Origin: Octopus bimaculoides | Lineage: Eukaryota | Direction of reading: 5' to 3' | Assembly (NCBI RefSeq): GCF_001194135.2 | Contig: NC_068982.1 | Span: forward strand, 27,750,270 to 27,814,269 | Length of the DNA: 64,000 bases | In this document: piece by piece, positions 26,601-40,100 of the stretch | Numbering within the stretch: position 1 is the first letter of the stretch | How the letters are laid out: each line of letters begins with the position of its first letter | Notes under the pieces: generated by a model | What the model was told of the DNA's origin: nothing | The model's database searches: none | Seen by the model: only the letters and a program-made list of their open reading frames with translations | Program-made: the position numbers and the translations under genes

Positions 26601-29600
26601 ATTGCATTGCCATAGAATTTTTGCTTTGCTTTCATGTTATATATTAAATATTGAAGTTTCATATTAGCCATAAAATACTTTTCTGTAATAAAACAAATTA
26701 CTTCATAAAAGTTTTATTTATGCAATACAGAATATTTTAAAGGTTATGGGAATAACTAAGGCAACAGAACCTTCTAGTATTTAGTTTTGGTTCCAACTGT
26801 TTCCAAGCTGATAATTTTTCTGTATGTCGAACTCGCATAAACTACAATGTCTAAGCTGTAATATTTTGGGAATAACATATATTGACCCTTCTCACTTTCA
26901 CAAAATTTGTGCTTTGTTAAAACAATCATGGAATGATTTTAAAAATGTAAGCGTTGCAAGAAAAAAATATTTTTTGTTTCTTTATTTTTATTGTTAAAGA
27001 ATCTTGAATATTCAAGAAAATTGGTAACTTACGGAATTTTGTCCAAAGATTGGGTAATTGTTATCAAGAACTTGTCTGTGGCTTTTTGTAACTTTACTAT
27101 CGATTCTTGAATAAGACTTTTCACTTCTGAATGTTTCATAGCTTGCTCAGAAGTCACATTATAAGCCAAACCACTGAAAAACAACCATGAAACTCATTAA
27201 CTCTTTTGTTACTGTATTTATTTTGAGATGCTCTGAGTTTCTTTCAATTACTTTAAATATAACAAAAAATTTAGTAAAATAACTTAGTTATCATTCAGCT
27301 AATGTTAGGAACATAAATTGCGACTAAGGTCTGGTGGAAGATTTTAATTCAAAACTTATGAAAACAAGACATCTGTACTCAGGGCCAGAGGCCAGTTTCA
27401 ACCTGGTTGGTAACAAAACATGTCCAGAAAGAAATAATCAAATAAACAGTTTAAAATATGACACTGACAAAAAAAAAAAAGCCAAAAAAAAGCCAAGTAT
27501 GTAATAAGAAAATATATAAAAAGGATCTCTGACAAATAAGAATGTCTATGTGATTTATAATAACCATACTTATTCATAATCTCAATGGATACAAGAAAAC
27601 TTCTGATGGCTCACTTTTCAGTGGTTGAGAAGTTTGCTTCCCAACTACATGGGTTTGAGTTCAGTCCCACAACATGGCACCATGGGCAAGTTTCTTCTAT
27701 GATAGCCCCAGGCCAACCAAGTCCTTGTGAAGGGACTTGATAGATGGAAACATCTTGAGAGAGTGTGTGTGTTGTCTTGACATTAAATGACAGCTGTATA
27801 TGAGTATCACCATCATACAAGCAGTGATGTTCATTTCCAATCTTCTGTGACATGTCCAGCAATGAGGAAATATTATTTTGCTTGGAAACAGGTGAATGTT
27901 GGTGACATGAACAGGATCTTGCCATATGATCCATGCAAGCATGGAAGAGTGGACATTAACACAATGATGAAGACAGTGTTTATTAATTTCCTTTCACTTT
28001 AAACTTTTTTGTTAGAACATAAAAAAAAAGTTCTTTAAAATGTCTTTATCTGTGGAGATGTTTGGTGTGATTGTTTCTGCTGTATAAAAACCAAGGGCTA
28101 AACTGAAACTTTAAACTGAAGCAATAAACAATTTCAGATGGACATCATTTTATGTCTTATTTTTATCTATGCTGGCATGGGTTGATATTCAACATGTCCA
28201 AACCATGCAAGCATGGAAAGCAGATGTTAAATGATGATGATGATCCATATCAGCTGACACAAGCAACAATAATGGCAACAGGTCAACTTTGTTGTTGTGT
28301 AAGTCTGACAGTTTGAAGAGGAAGCATTTTATTATGCACTCAGCACCAAAGAGGTTGTCTCAAGTGGGAGGACTGAAGAGTCTCTTGTAGCCTGTATCAG
28401 TTTATTTTTCAGAGTAATTGCTCTCCTAGACAGATAACTTATAATGGTGGATTGCAGAGACTATATCTCATGCATATATTTTACTCCATGGTTTGGGTGG
28501 GTTTCAGTAAGTTGGCACCCACTATGGTCCATTTTGCTAGTAATGTCCACTACAATGGCTTTACTACATTACTGTATATTATTTCTTTCATTTCATTCTG
28601 TACAATAAGAATATATCAGTCAATATAAATGAACTACTTCACTGTTACATTGTCTAGAGATATGTCTAGAAACTACTGAAAAGTTTTCAAAAAAATCAAA
28701 GGAAATACACAATATGTATTAAAATTTTACTAAAAATTATTATTTTGAGAAACAATGGCTATGGAAAGAAATGACTAAAAGCAAAAATGTTCTCAATACC
28801 TGGCCTGTCCAGTTTGGGATTCTGTCTGGTTTATCCAACTCTTGTATACTTCTACAGGATTTGTGTTTATTAAAAATTCTTTGTCATCCAAAACCTCTTT
28901 GATCAATGGATGTAAAAGTTCTCGTAAAGCACTTTGTCCCCTTGGATTTCTGTAGTTTAAGATGAATTTTATTAATTATTCATACTTTATTTTGTTTTTA
29001 TGTCTGTAATCACATAATTAATTGACTAATGATATATGTAACTGTTTGATTAACAGGATGATTAGTATTAGCATTTTAAAAACCAAAATTCTAGTGCAAG
29101 AAACAGACTATATCTACATATATGAATTCAATCCAATCTGTACAAAATAGATGCGATTTCTAATTACAGATATATATATAATACTTTAGTCCCACATAAG
29201 CAAGTCACATTATTTGACTAGTTGAAAAATGTCTATTCAGATTTATATTATCATACTTTGCTTTGACAATATGACTATGGGGAGATGTAAGCTTTTGAAA
29301 ATATAGATACAGTTTTCTTAAAACTTTAACTTCCAAAAGTTATATCTAGTGAAAGATCTATCATGCTCTGTTATATAACACTTGTCATTATAATGGCTTT
29401 ATTTTTTATGCACACAGTAAGAAGGTAGGAAAATGCATTTGGCAGATGATACATTTATAATGTTAGGACAACTACAGCAAAAATTTCTGATAGTTTTTTT
29501 TTTTCTGATCTTTTATTCTTCAAATTATTGCAAAATATACAAAAGGAGCAGAAACATTAAGAATATCTTTTGCATTAAAACTGCATAAATTTTATAAATG

Positions 29601-30651
29601 TGTCACTAAAATTTCGAAATATCAAACTGTCATTAATGATACAAGATATGATGCAACTTCTTATCCTTAGAGTCACTGAAACAGTTTAGGTATAGCATGA
29701 CTTTTATTATTTTCTAAGTAAATTAATGCCCCTTTGGAAAGTAGTATTACTGGTGCATATAAAACTGGAGATATGTCTTTTTTTTTTTTTTTGTCTTTCT
29801 ACTCTAGAAAGTTATGAAAAGCAATTGGTAAATTTTGGTCAAAGGCTCTAACAATTGATACACAAATCACAACTAGTTAAGTGAATTAAATTGAGAAATT
29901 AATCAGTCAATTACCTGTTGAAGCCAACAATCATCTTAATAATCATGGGATTCCCTGTTACAATGTCTGACATCTTGTCAACTTTAGAGCTAAAAAAAAA
30001 AAAAAAAAATCAAAAATATATTTTACAAAGTAATAGCTGATTATCAGTTGGTTTTCTAACATGGTGACTTCACCTTTTACAAAAAAAACAAAACATTTAT
30101 TTAAAACAAAATTATTATTAGTGTATAGCAAGTCAGTGAAAATACTGAGAATGTCAAGTTATGTCAAATTTAAAAAAGACCCACTTTAATTTTAAAAAAG
30201 TTAAAACAGAAATTAAAAAAAATATTATCAAACAAGAAAATTACAAACAAAAATAAAACTACCAGTTGTACTCTATGCTGAAAGATTCATTTTACACAAG
30301 TAGAAACAGAAAGTCATAAATAAACAATCAGAAATACTTTGTTTCATGAATTTTAATATGCAACACCATTTGCTATCAATAATTAACCAAAAATTTATTA
30401 ATGATTACTGATAATGACATTAGCTATCATTTTGGTGTTTATTAGCATTTCCTAGGACTTTTAAGTTAGATTGTGGTTTAGGAAAAGATGCATAAGCTAC
30501 ATCAAGGCATAGACACAGACACATATTTACAAATAACTCTTAAACAACAGTCAAATTCATATGAATAATATAACTTTCAGAATCAACATACAGTAATTAT
30601 TTTCTCTTGTTTAACATACAAATTAAGATTCTAATTAAAGTTAAGAATTGG

Positions 30652-30696
<45 letters not shown>

Positions 30697-31146
30697 NNNN
30701 NNNNNNNNNNNNNNNNNNNNNNNNNNNNNNNNNNNNNNNNNNNNNNNNNNNNNNNNNNNNNNNNNNNNNNNNNNNNNNNNNNNNNNNNNNNNNNNNNNNN
30801 NNNNNNNNNNNNNNNNNNNNNNNNNNNNNNNNNNNNNNNNNNNNNNNNNNNNNNNNNNNNNNNNNNNNNNNNNNNNNNNNNNNNNNNNNNNNNNNNNNNN
30901 NNNNNNNNNNNNNAAAAACCCAAAAAATTGTCTTCTGGTAGCTTTCATTCTCTTTGTTATAATTTTGATATCTTTTCGAATGAGCAATCATCAGATTTTA
31001 TGTATTCTTAACAAAACACTGTCTTTTGTGTCAATATTAATAAGCCTGGAAAATTTCAAGTACATTGTTGTATTTACAGCAAATATAATGAAATTAAAGC
31101 TTTGTAAACTTTTCAAACAATCTATAACAAAAATCTGAAATGTTTG

Positions 31147-31184
<38 letters not shown>

Positions 31185-34100
31185 CATAGCATTTTTTAAA
31201 TATCGATTTTTTTTTTTATCCCTAAATATTTAAGCCAGAGCAGATTATCTGATTCCAGATATTAATATCCCCTGCCAAACTTCTGGTCTTAACTTTCTTA
31301 AATTCATTATTTACTTCTGCTGTTTCCATCAATGTAAATGTTTCTGTAACAAATGGCATTTAATCCTCTTAAATAAGCACCCATGTTAAACTCCAACTTA
31401 TACATAATGAACAATAGGTCATACAGATTTTTTTCTTCTCCAAATGCTGTAGTCCTTTTATGTCATTGCTTAACAGAATTAGATTTTATATCTAGAGAAA
31501 TACAAAATATTTTTGGCCAGCAAAATAAAATTGGACTTGTTTGAGAAATCTAGTACAATTATGTTGAGTACTTTACATTTTTTGTTTATTATTTCATTCC
31601 ATGGAAATATTTTTATAGAAAAAGTTACATACATATAATTTTATATTGAATATGGAAAATATTTAAAAAAATTAAATGTAACTAATGCACAATTTTAGTT
31701 TGGGATTCTAAATGATATTGTTGCCCAGTATTAACAAATTAAGAAAAAAACACAAGACAAGACAAGACAAAATGCACCATACTCCATTAGTTTGAGGACA
31801 TACCATAACTGTTTAGATTAAGGTTATTGATCAGTGACATATGCAGTGACCAGTTCAACAGGAATTTTAGTGAACGATACACACGTAAGATAATACAATA
31901 TAGTGATAATGAAGTTACGCTAGACAACATATTAAAGAAATAATTAACAGGCACTAATTCCTTAACAATATGTAATTATAATATTCATACCAAAAAATAG
32001 TGAGCTTTTAGAAGATAATATTGAATTAAAATATAATTTAAAGTATTAGAAGTCTCTAGTTACTGATAAAAGTTGTATTAGTTTGAGAGTTTTTCTGTAG
32101 CAAATTTGATGGCATTTACAGTTATAAATGACTTCTCAAGTTATAGCAAAACTGAATATTTCAAAATAAGCACAATGATTATGAACTTTCTCAGTTGATT
32201 CTTGAAGGTGTATTTTGACAAAGTTATAGTTAACAAAGTCAAGAAATTATTTTTAAACAATATTCATCAAATTACACACGCTAAGTTTCTTTTTTTTTTT
32301 TCAATCACTTTATTACATTCAATTATTAGAAAAGTAACAAAGCATGTCAGTTAGCATGGATTCTTTTAGTTTATTCAAGGGTGTCAAGATACCAAACATT
32401 ACACAATATTTGGCATAAAATAAAATGTTTCAAAGTCAGGAGGCAGAGGATGTGAGCAGAAAAATATTAAGGGTGTTGGAAGAGGTAACTAGAAGACTGG
32501 ATTAAAGAAAAAAAAAAAAATCATGATGTATTTTACTATACATTAGTAAAATGTGTATGCTGTACAGGGAAACTAATTTAGAAAAGAGATTCACTATATA
32601 TTACAACAATCAGCACTTGCAAAAATCAACCAACATAATATTTTCTACTTTAGGTACAAGGCCTGAAATTGGGGGGGAGGAGCTAGTTGATTACATCTGA
32701 TTTCATTGACCTTGAAAGGATGAAAAGTGAATCTAAACCGTGGCAAAATTTGAACTCAGAATATAAAGAGCTGGAAGAAATGTTACTAATGATTCTGCCA
32801 ATTTGCTGTCTTGATAAATGAAAATAATACCATCTCGTCATGAAAAAAATGTATGCTAGATTAAGAGTAATTAAGTTACTGTTGGCAAAATGGTCTAAAT
32901 CTACTCAAAACACCAAAATGTGCCTCTTGGTCTTAAATTTCAGCTTGAAACCCAATTGTTATTCTATTCCTTACTATATTTTCCAGTTACCAATTGAAGC
33001 ATTATTTCTGTAGTCACCTTATACCAAACAAGAAATTATAAATAGACAACAATTACTTGGAAAATACATAGCATACTGGATATTGAGTTTTTAAATTTTT
33101 TTGGGGGTGGGGGATTACATCAAGTCAGTTTTTATCCTTGATAAACAGGGTCATATCAGTTCACAATGCACTGCATCAATGACATAAAGTACTAAACCTT
33201 TCAAAACTGGGGCTTTAATTCCCACACTCTTTGGTAAGATCCATTCTCAATACATAACAAATCTTATTCCCATAAAAAAATATATCCTAACATTCAAATT
33301 ACAATTCCATGAATCTGTCTTCAAACAATCTTAGATAAACAAGCCAGATCCCAAACAAAATCTTGTGTGAATGAGCAAAGGAGATATCATTTGCTTATCG
33401 GCTGATGCTATTAAGTTAGACTAGGTCTAGGTCATTACTGGACAAACCCACACTTAATAGAAAAAAAAATAAAAATACTGCATAGCCTTTGACAACATAA
33501 AAAAGTAGTTCACTCTTGATTATAATACGGTTATGAGATAATATGGGTTGATCTATAGAATGTAGAAAATGTTCAATTCTACTGGTGTGTAGTCAACATT
33601 TAGAGTATGTGATGCAAACCTAAGAAAACTACATATAAAAACTGACAAAAGCATACTCAAAATAAGCAAAAATCAGTGTTTAAGGACACTAATATTGATA
33701 TACTTTGATTAGCACTCATTACTTAAAAGGAAAACAAATGAAATTGCATATGAAATACAAATCAACAAAATATGAAAAACAAAAAAAAACAACACACACT
33801 TAAAATGAAAAGTTTTATAAGTTTGATTAAAATACTATTCAATTTATTTTTCAATGTACATTGCAAGGCCAATAAAATAAATCTGTCCCACCTTCGCAAC
33901 CAACAATTAAGTGTTAGCAGTATAATTTTCTCAGAATTAAAATTTGAAGTAAAATATTTGGAAATATTGCTTCATTTTGGGATGTGCCCTGGACATTTTT
34001 ATATATCCAGTGATAAAATTAACTGTTTCATAGCTAGATGTTTTTCTTAACAAATACCAAAATTTTAAAACTGAATTTGGTCTAAGCAAGTTGGGGAAAT

Positions 34101-37100
34101 ATACCTAGTCTAAAACCTCAAAGCAATGCCGATAACAGAGCTTGATTTAACAGATCAATTATTCAGTACCTTAACTATTCAAGTATTGTACTCAGCAAAG
34201 GATAATTGTATTTTTATTTATTCTTTAAAGGCTTTTGTATCAACATTGAAACTATCAATATTTCATAATTATCATGGTGAAAAGCAAAATACATACAAAT
34301 ATCAAACATCTAGTTATTTCAAGTTCAGACAAAAGGTACTGATGTTTAAGTAAATTATAATTATATAATAGTGAATACTTACATTTAAATTAAAATGCAC
34401 TGTGCATGTGCCTGTGTGTGCACAGTCATTATGAGTGTATACATACTATTTGATCCATAAAATACGTACTCAATATCTAACACTTAACATATTTTGAGTA
34501 TGAAACTATAAAAGTTTGAAGTAATCTAACTGTAAAATAATAGCTCCATGAACTTACGTTACCTTAGTCTTTTACTAAGTTATTGAACTGTAACCATACT
34601 GGGCACAGCATCAAAATTTTTAGTCAAATACATTGATTTCAGAATTCTGGCACTTATTTTATGTACATTGAAGAGAAAGTGGCAAAGCTTGCCTGAGCAT
34701 AAAGGGATTTGACCAGAACATCAAATAGCTATAACCATATATAAGGTGTTTTTGTGTGATGACTTAGCTGTTGCACCAGCCTTACAATTCAACACACATA
34801 GTGTGTGCATGTGTGTGAGTGCATGCATGTGTGTGTATATATTTATTTTACTGAAGGCTTTGGTAAAAGACACTAAGTCAAGATGTCACACAGTGGGATT
34901 CAATCAAATGATATGTTAATGAAATGAGCTTCTTAACTACATTACACTGTCTATATATTTAAGAGAAAAACACCCCAGTACTCTTGAAAGCAATACTTTG
35001 AATTTCAAGGTTAATTCTCGAGAGATATTGAATGGAATAATAGTTAGTTTGTGTGTGTGTGTGAGGAGTGAATAAAGTTTAGGTAGGTGTGCACCAATGG
35101 TTGCTCTGGAATTGTGTTGGTAAACATGCTTTGGATATAAAGAAATATTAATTATTAAGTGGCATTTTACTAATATGGGATTTCTAAGACAAAGAATCAT
35201 TTAATCATGCAAAATGGTTGGGGTTTTACATAGGGACAATGTTGGCAAGGACCGTGCAGAAGATGAAAAGGTTTACTTACATTCTCCTATGGATGAAAAA
35301 TGGGGCAGAAATTATCACATGAATTAAATTATTAGCACAAATTGATTTGTCCCACATCAATAATATTTAAAGAAATGTAATTAGATAAAATATAACACAA
35401 ACGGAGAGTATTTTATATAAAACTGTTTTCAATTTTGTCTTGTTTCATTAATTTTTTAAGATGCTAATTAACTAGTACTAATATTCAGAGAAGTGAACCA
35501 TTTCCTATCTTATATAACTTTAAAATTTTTCACTTCCCATTACAGTATTGCAAGACATTTTCTTTAATATTAAATAATTGGCCATTATAACATATGCACG
35601 CACGCACACACACATAAAAAAAGAGAGAGATTAAGATAGTGTTTCCCAAATATAATCTGATCAAAGAGAGTATTTGAGTGATTAGTAAAACTTATAACTT
35701 CCATTGTTCATCAATGTTTTCTTTTTGTTTAGGTCTAATACTACAACAATCTACGTTCTTCAAACATCACCCAATTACTCATCAATACATTGCAGTAGCC
35801 ATTCACTTTATTTGAATAAATCCCTCCTGCCAATATTTACATTAAATAACGTACATCCTGTACAAACCTTAATCCTTTTAGAATTAATCCCACTTCTGTC
35901 CCAAATATAAAATATTTATCCCCCAAAATTAACACACACTATATAAATAAGTTCAGTTAAATGAAAGTGGATTAAAAGAAGCAGTCAACTTTCTTGTAAA
36001 GAGTGCTCTCTAATTAAAGTTGTGTGCGAAAGGAACAACATGACTTCAAAGAAAGTCTACATCCAATACGAGAACACAATGATGATTACCATCCTTAATA
36101 AGAGAATATTAAATAAAATCCCGAATGAAAATTCATCAGAACTCAAAATAAAAAAGGAAAAAAAGGTCACATGAAATATAAAATATCAAAATTCATGCTT
36201 TTGAATTCATTCTTAATGAAGCTGGAGTGTAAGCATAAGCATCTTGTGTAAAATGGTATATTAATAGCTGGCAAACATTTCACTAATCCTAATTAAACTA
36301 TTACAATCCTCTAGACATCATTCTTTTAAAAACAGCTTGTCTCTCAGTGCATAAGTGAAAATTCTCAGATTAATAGCTTTATTTCTAAAGTTGTTGCAGT
36401 TCCATTAAATTTTGTATTGTAAAATATTGACAAAATATTTGAGCTATTTACATTTCTACCATTACAGACTGATACTCAGTAGTTCTCCGTTTTGCATGTC
36501 TTAGAATACATGTTGCTTGAATAAGCCTACAGGTTTGAAGTCATTAGCATAAAGTGTCAGCTGGTTAAGACAGTTGACACCAATGCCTTCCATTTCTGGC
36601 ATAAAATTAAAACACTCTAACCTTCAAGTTAAAGAAGGTTTAAACATAAATTTACATGTATTTTAAGTGACTCACAAAATAAATTTTCAGTGATGCAGCA
36701 GTGCTAATAACATATAGTAAGAAATATCAGAGTGTTTTATAGCTAGACATCTTTTAGTAATGCCAAGTATATTACAGTAAAATAGGAATGATATCTATTT
36801 TTTTTATTTTGTTAGACACTGAAAATCTATAACATACTGGACAAGGTGACACATCCATGTTAGTATTTCAGCTTCTTAACCACTTTTTCTTTATAATATA
36901 ATACAATTAGAGACAATGCAATATTCTAAAAAATACAAACTTTATAAGTGATTTTAGTTCATGGGAGCTGTATACAATACTGATAAAATCAGAACTGCTC
37001 CTATTAAGATATTTGTGGAAGAAAGTTAAAATGTTTACAATAGCTTTACTTTTAGCTATTAGTGTGTTCAGTTACTCAAACACAAACAAAAATGTACACA

Positions 37101-40100
37101 GTCACCAGAAATTTAGTGGACTACTGTCAACAGATAAGCATCTTTTTGATGCACCTAAAAATCATGACAAGTCTTATTCATATTTTACCTCCTTGCAAGC
37201 TTCACATCTGGAATTTCCTTCCTGCATCCCTCAACTAGCAGCTGTTTAAGTAAAAACATCAACTGCATTAATGTTACTGATCTACCGATCTTGGGGATCC
37301 TGCAGATGCGATGGAGATGGGTCCTCCGGACAAAAATCATAAAAAAGAGAGGCTTGCAAGTCATTAGCGAAACCCACAGATGTTATATATATATATATAT
37401 AGATGTTTATATATAAACTTAGTACTCCTACAGATTCCTTTCTTTCCCAGCAGTTTTATGACAAATTCTTGTTGAATATCTGAACATTTGTTTCTTTCAA
37501 TGTATTTAAACAAAAATTAATGCTCAAACTTAAACAGCAACTACACTACAGACAAGAAAATAAGTGTAGGTAGCAGAAGTATGCAAAGGCAATATATTAC
37601 TGAAAAAAAAGTTCATTAAGTTTATGCAGAAAAAAATAGTAAAAAAGTTAAATTGTATGAAATTTCAATTAAATATTAAAAGCATATATAACCAAATTAT
37701 TTAGATAAAGATGGTAACTTACGTAATTTCTTCTTCTAAGGCAGTTTTGAACAAGCGTAACAAGAGAAATTCTTCTCTAGCATTAGAACCATAGTTAAAT
37801 AGGGAAAATATGACAGACTCCATAAACTTGGTTGTTTTGCTTTGGGGCATTTCAAAAATCAGTTTTGCAAGGTAAGTTGGATTTGTTTGTAACAAATAGA
37901 ACAAATGTTGGTAGGCATCCAGTTTTCCACGACTTTCTTTACTCAGGGCCTTCAGTCCCCGAGACATTGCTCCAGTTCGTTCAGCATGTTTTTTCAGTTT
38001 GTGATTGTGAAATACAACATCCTATAAATCAGAAAGAATGTTCAGAGAATTTACAGTTGAAATAAACTCTTATATTTTTGTAATACACACAAAAAAGACA
38101 AATGTTAAAAAAAGTTATGAACTTATCAGCAAATTCTTTTCTGTGATTCTTTAATTTTAATTCTTTGTAGTAAAATATACCATTTACTGATTTTATTATC
38201 AAGTTAACTGATACAGAACAGAAAAAGAAAGCCAAAATGATTAAGAACTCTTTCTCTATTGATAGCTTTGTCGAGTTTTTCTGATAACCTCTTTAGTTTT
38301 TCAGGGACCTCCTGCTTTTATAAACTGACATTCTCCATGTCCTGTTTAAATACTCTTACTATTTGTACAGTACATAAACAAAGCACGGACAATATTTCTG
38401 TAATCAACTTTTTAATCATATATCAGGATTAATTACGATACAAATAAAGATTTTGCATATTGGTACAAGTCCAGCAATGTATATTTAGGCTGTCAATTAC
38501 ATTCGAGTATCTTTTACCCATAAATTGCTTTATTGACAAGATTTGAACTTTAAATTGAAAGAAATGGAATAATGATTTCTCAGTCACAATACTTCATATT
38601 TTGGTAGGTGAGTATTAAGGGATTAAATTGACTCTAGAATTTGACTGGTACTTCTTTTATCAGCCACCCATCCCTCATTTTGACCTGAAAGGTGAAAGGC
38701 AATGTTTGAACAGTTTGTAAAGGGATGTATTCAAATACAAGGTATTTTGTCTCCAATACCTTGTTCTTTATAAGTTAATGATAAAATCTAAGAGATAAAA
38801 CATATCTATTGTACAAATTTCAGTTACTTAATCTCAGTAGCAACAGTTTGAGTCTTAAGTGAATACTTCTTGGGGGATTAACTTCTAATTAACAATGGCT
38901 TTAGCCTCCTAGACTGATGAGAAAGATAGTTAATTGAGCGCAGTTAATATTCAAGTGAATTAGAAATAATTACTACAAAGTCAGCTAATTCAGAGAAAAA
39001 GATACTATTAAAAAAGTACAAGAGAAAAGACTAACAGAGTACAAGTGGAAAGATAGATAGAGAGAGAGAGAGAACAAGAATATCTATGAATGAATGCAAG
39101 TTTACCATGAGAACATCTAGAAATGATCATTTCTTACATTTGTAGAGGATAAACAAAAAGTGGTTAGTGAAGGTTCTCCCCCCACCTTTTTTTTTTTTTT
39201 TTGATATATCAACAATTTTGGAGCACTTTGTGAACCTAAGTCCTTTTGTGACCAAATTACTATTGAAATACATTGCCTTTGTTTCAACTAGTGGGAATAA
39301 TGAAAAATATAGAAATGTCATAAACTGCTACTACTAAGCTGGTATCTGGAACATAAATTACTATGGAATTTTACTGTAAAGTTTTAATTTAAAATGCTTT
39401 AACCCTTTAGCATTTAAATCGGCCATATCCGGCCAGAAGTATTCTGCCTATTCTATGTTCAAACTGGCCAGATCTGGTCTCTCACACCAACCCTACAATA
39501 TCGTTTTAAAAATTAACAGCTACCTCATCAAAATTTCATAGCTACAAGATAATGCATGATTAGTTCAAAACAATGTGGATAGCTTACATGGGGAAACAGT
39601 TGAGAAGTGAAGTTTCTTGTAATGTTTACAAGAGAAAGCTATAAGGCAATAGAAAACTGAGCCATTCTGAAGTTGATAGAGTAGGAGTAACATATTTGGT
39701 GAGCAGCATGAACTGTTATTGGTGTCCAATTCACAATATCCAACACTTTAGTAATTTGCTATTCATCATGCATATAATTTTTAAAATGTTATTCTTACCT
39801 GTAAAGTAATTCTATTTTTAATCAAAAGACCAATTTTAATATCCATTTGATTTAAATCATTTTCCAACTGCTGATTGGAACGAATTTCAGATCCAACTTG
39901 CTGTCTTAACTTTTGTAGTTCTAAAATACAAAAATGAGGAAAATTAGCTTATTTTATTTTATATACATATATAATAGATGCAGGAATGGCTGTGTGATTA
40001 AGAAGTTTGCTTCCCAAACATATGGCTCTGGTCTCAGTCCCACAATATGGCACCTAGGGCAAGTCTTCTGCTATAATCCTGGGCTGACCAAAGCCTTGTA

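Noticed and set aside
30597-31011. Long ORFs in the track
   Set aside because: Artefacts of the N gap and (TA)n.
34558-34587. 30-nt candidate exon with gtaagt donor
   Set aside because: In-frame TAG, poor acceptor, and abuts a degenerate SINE.
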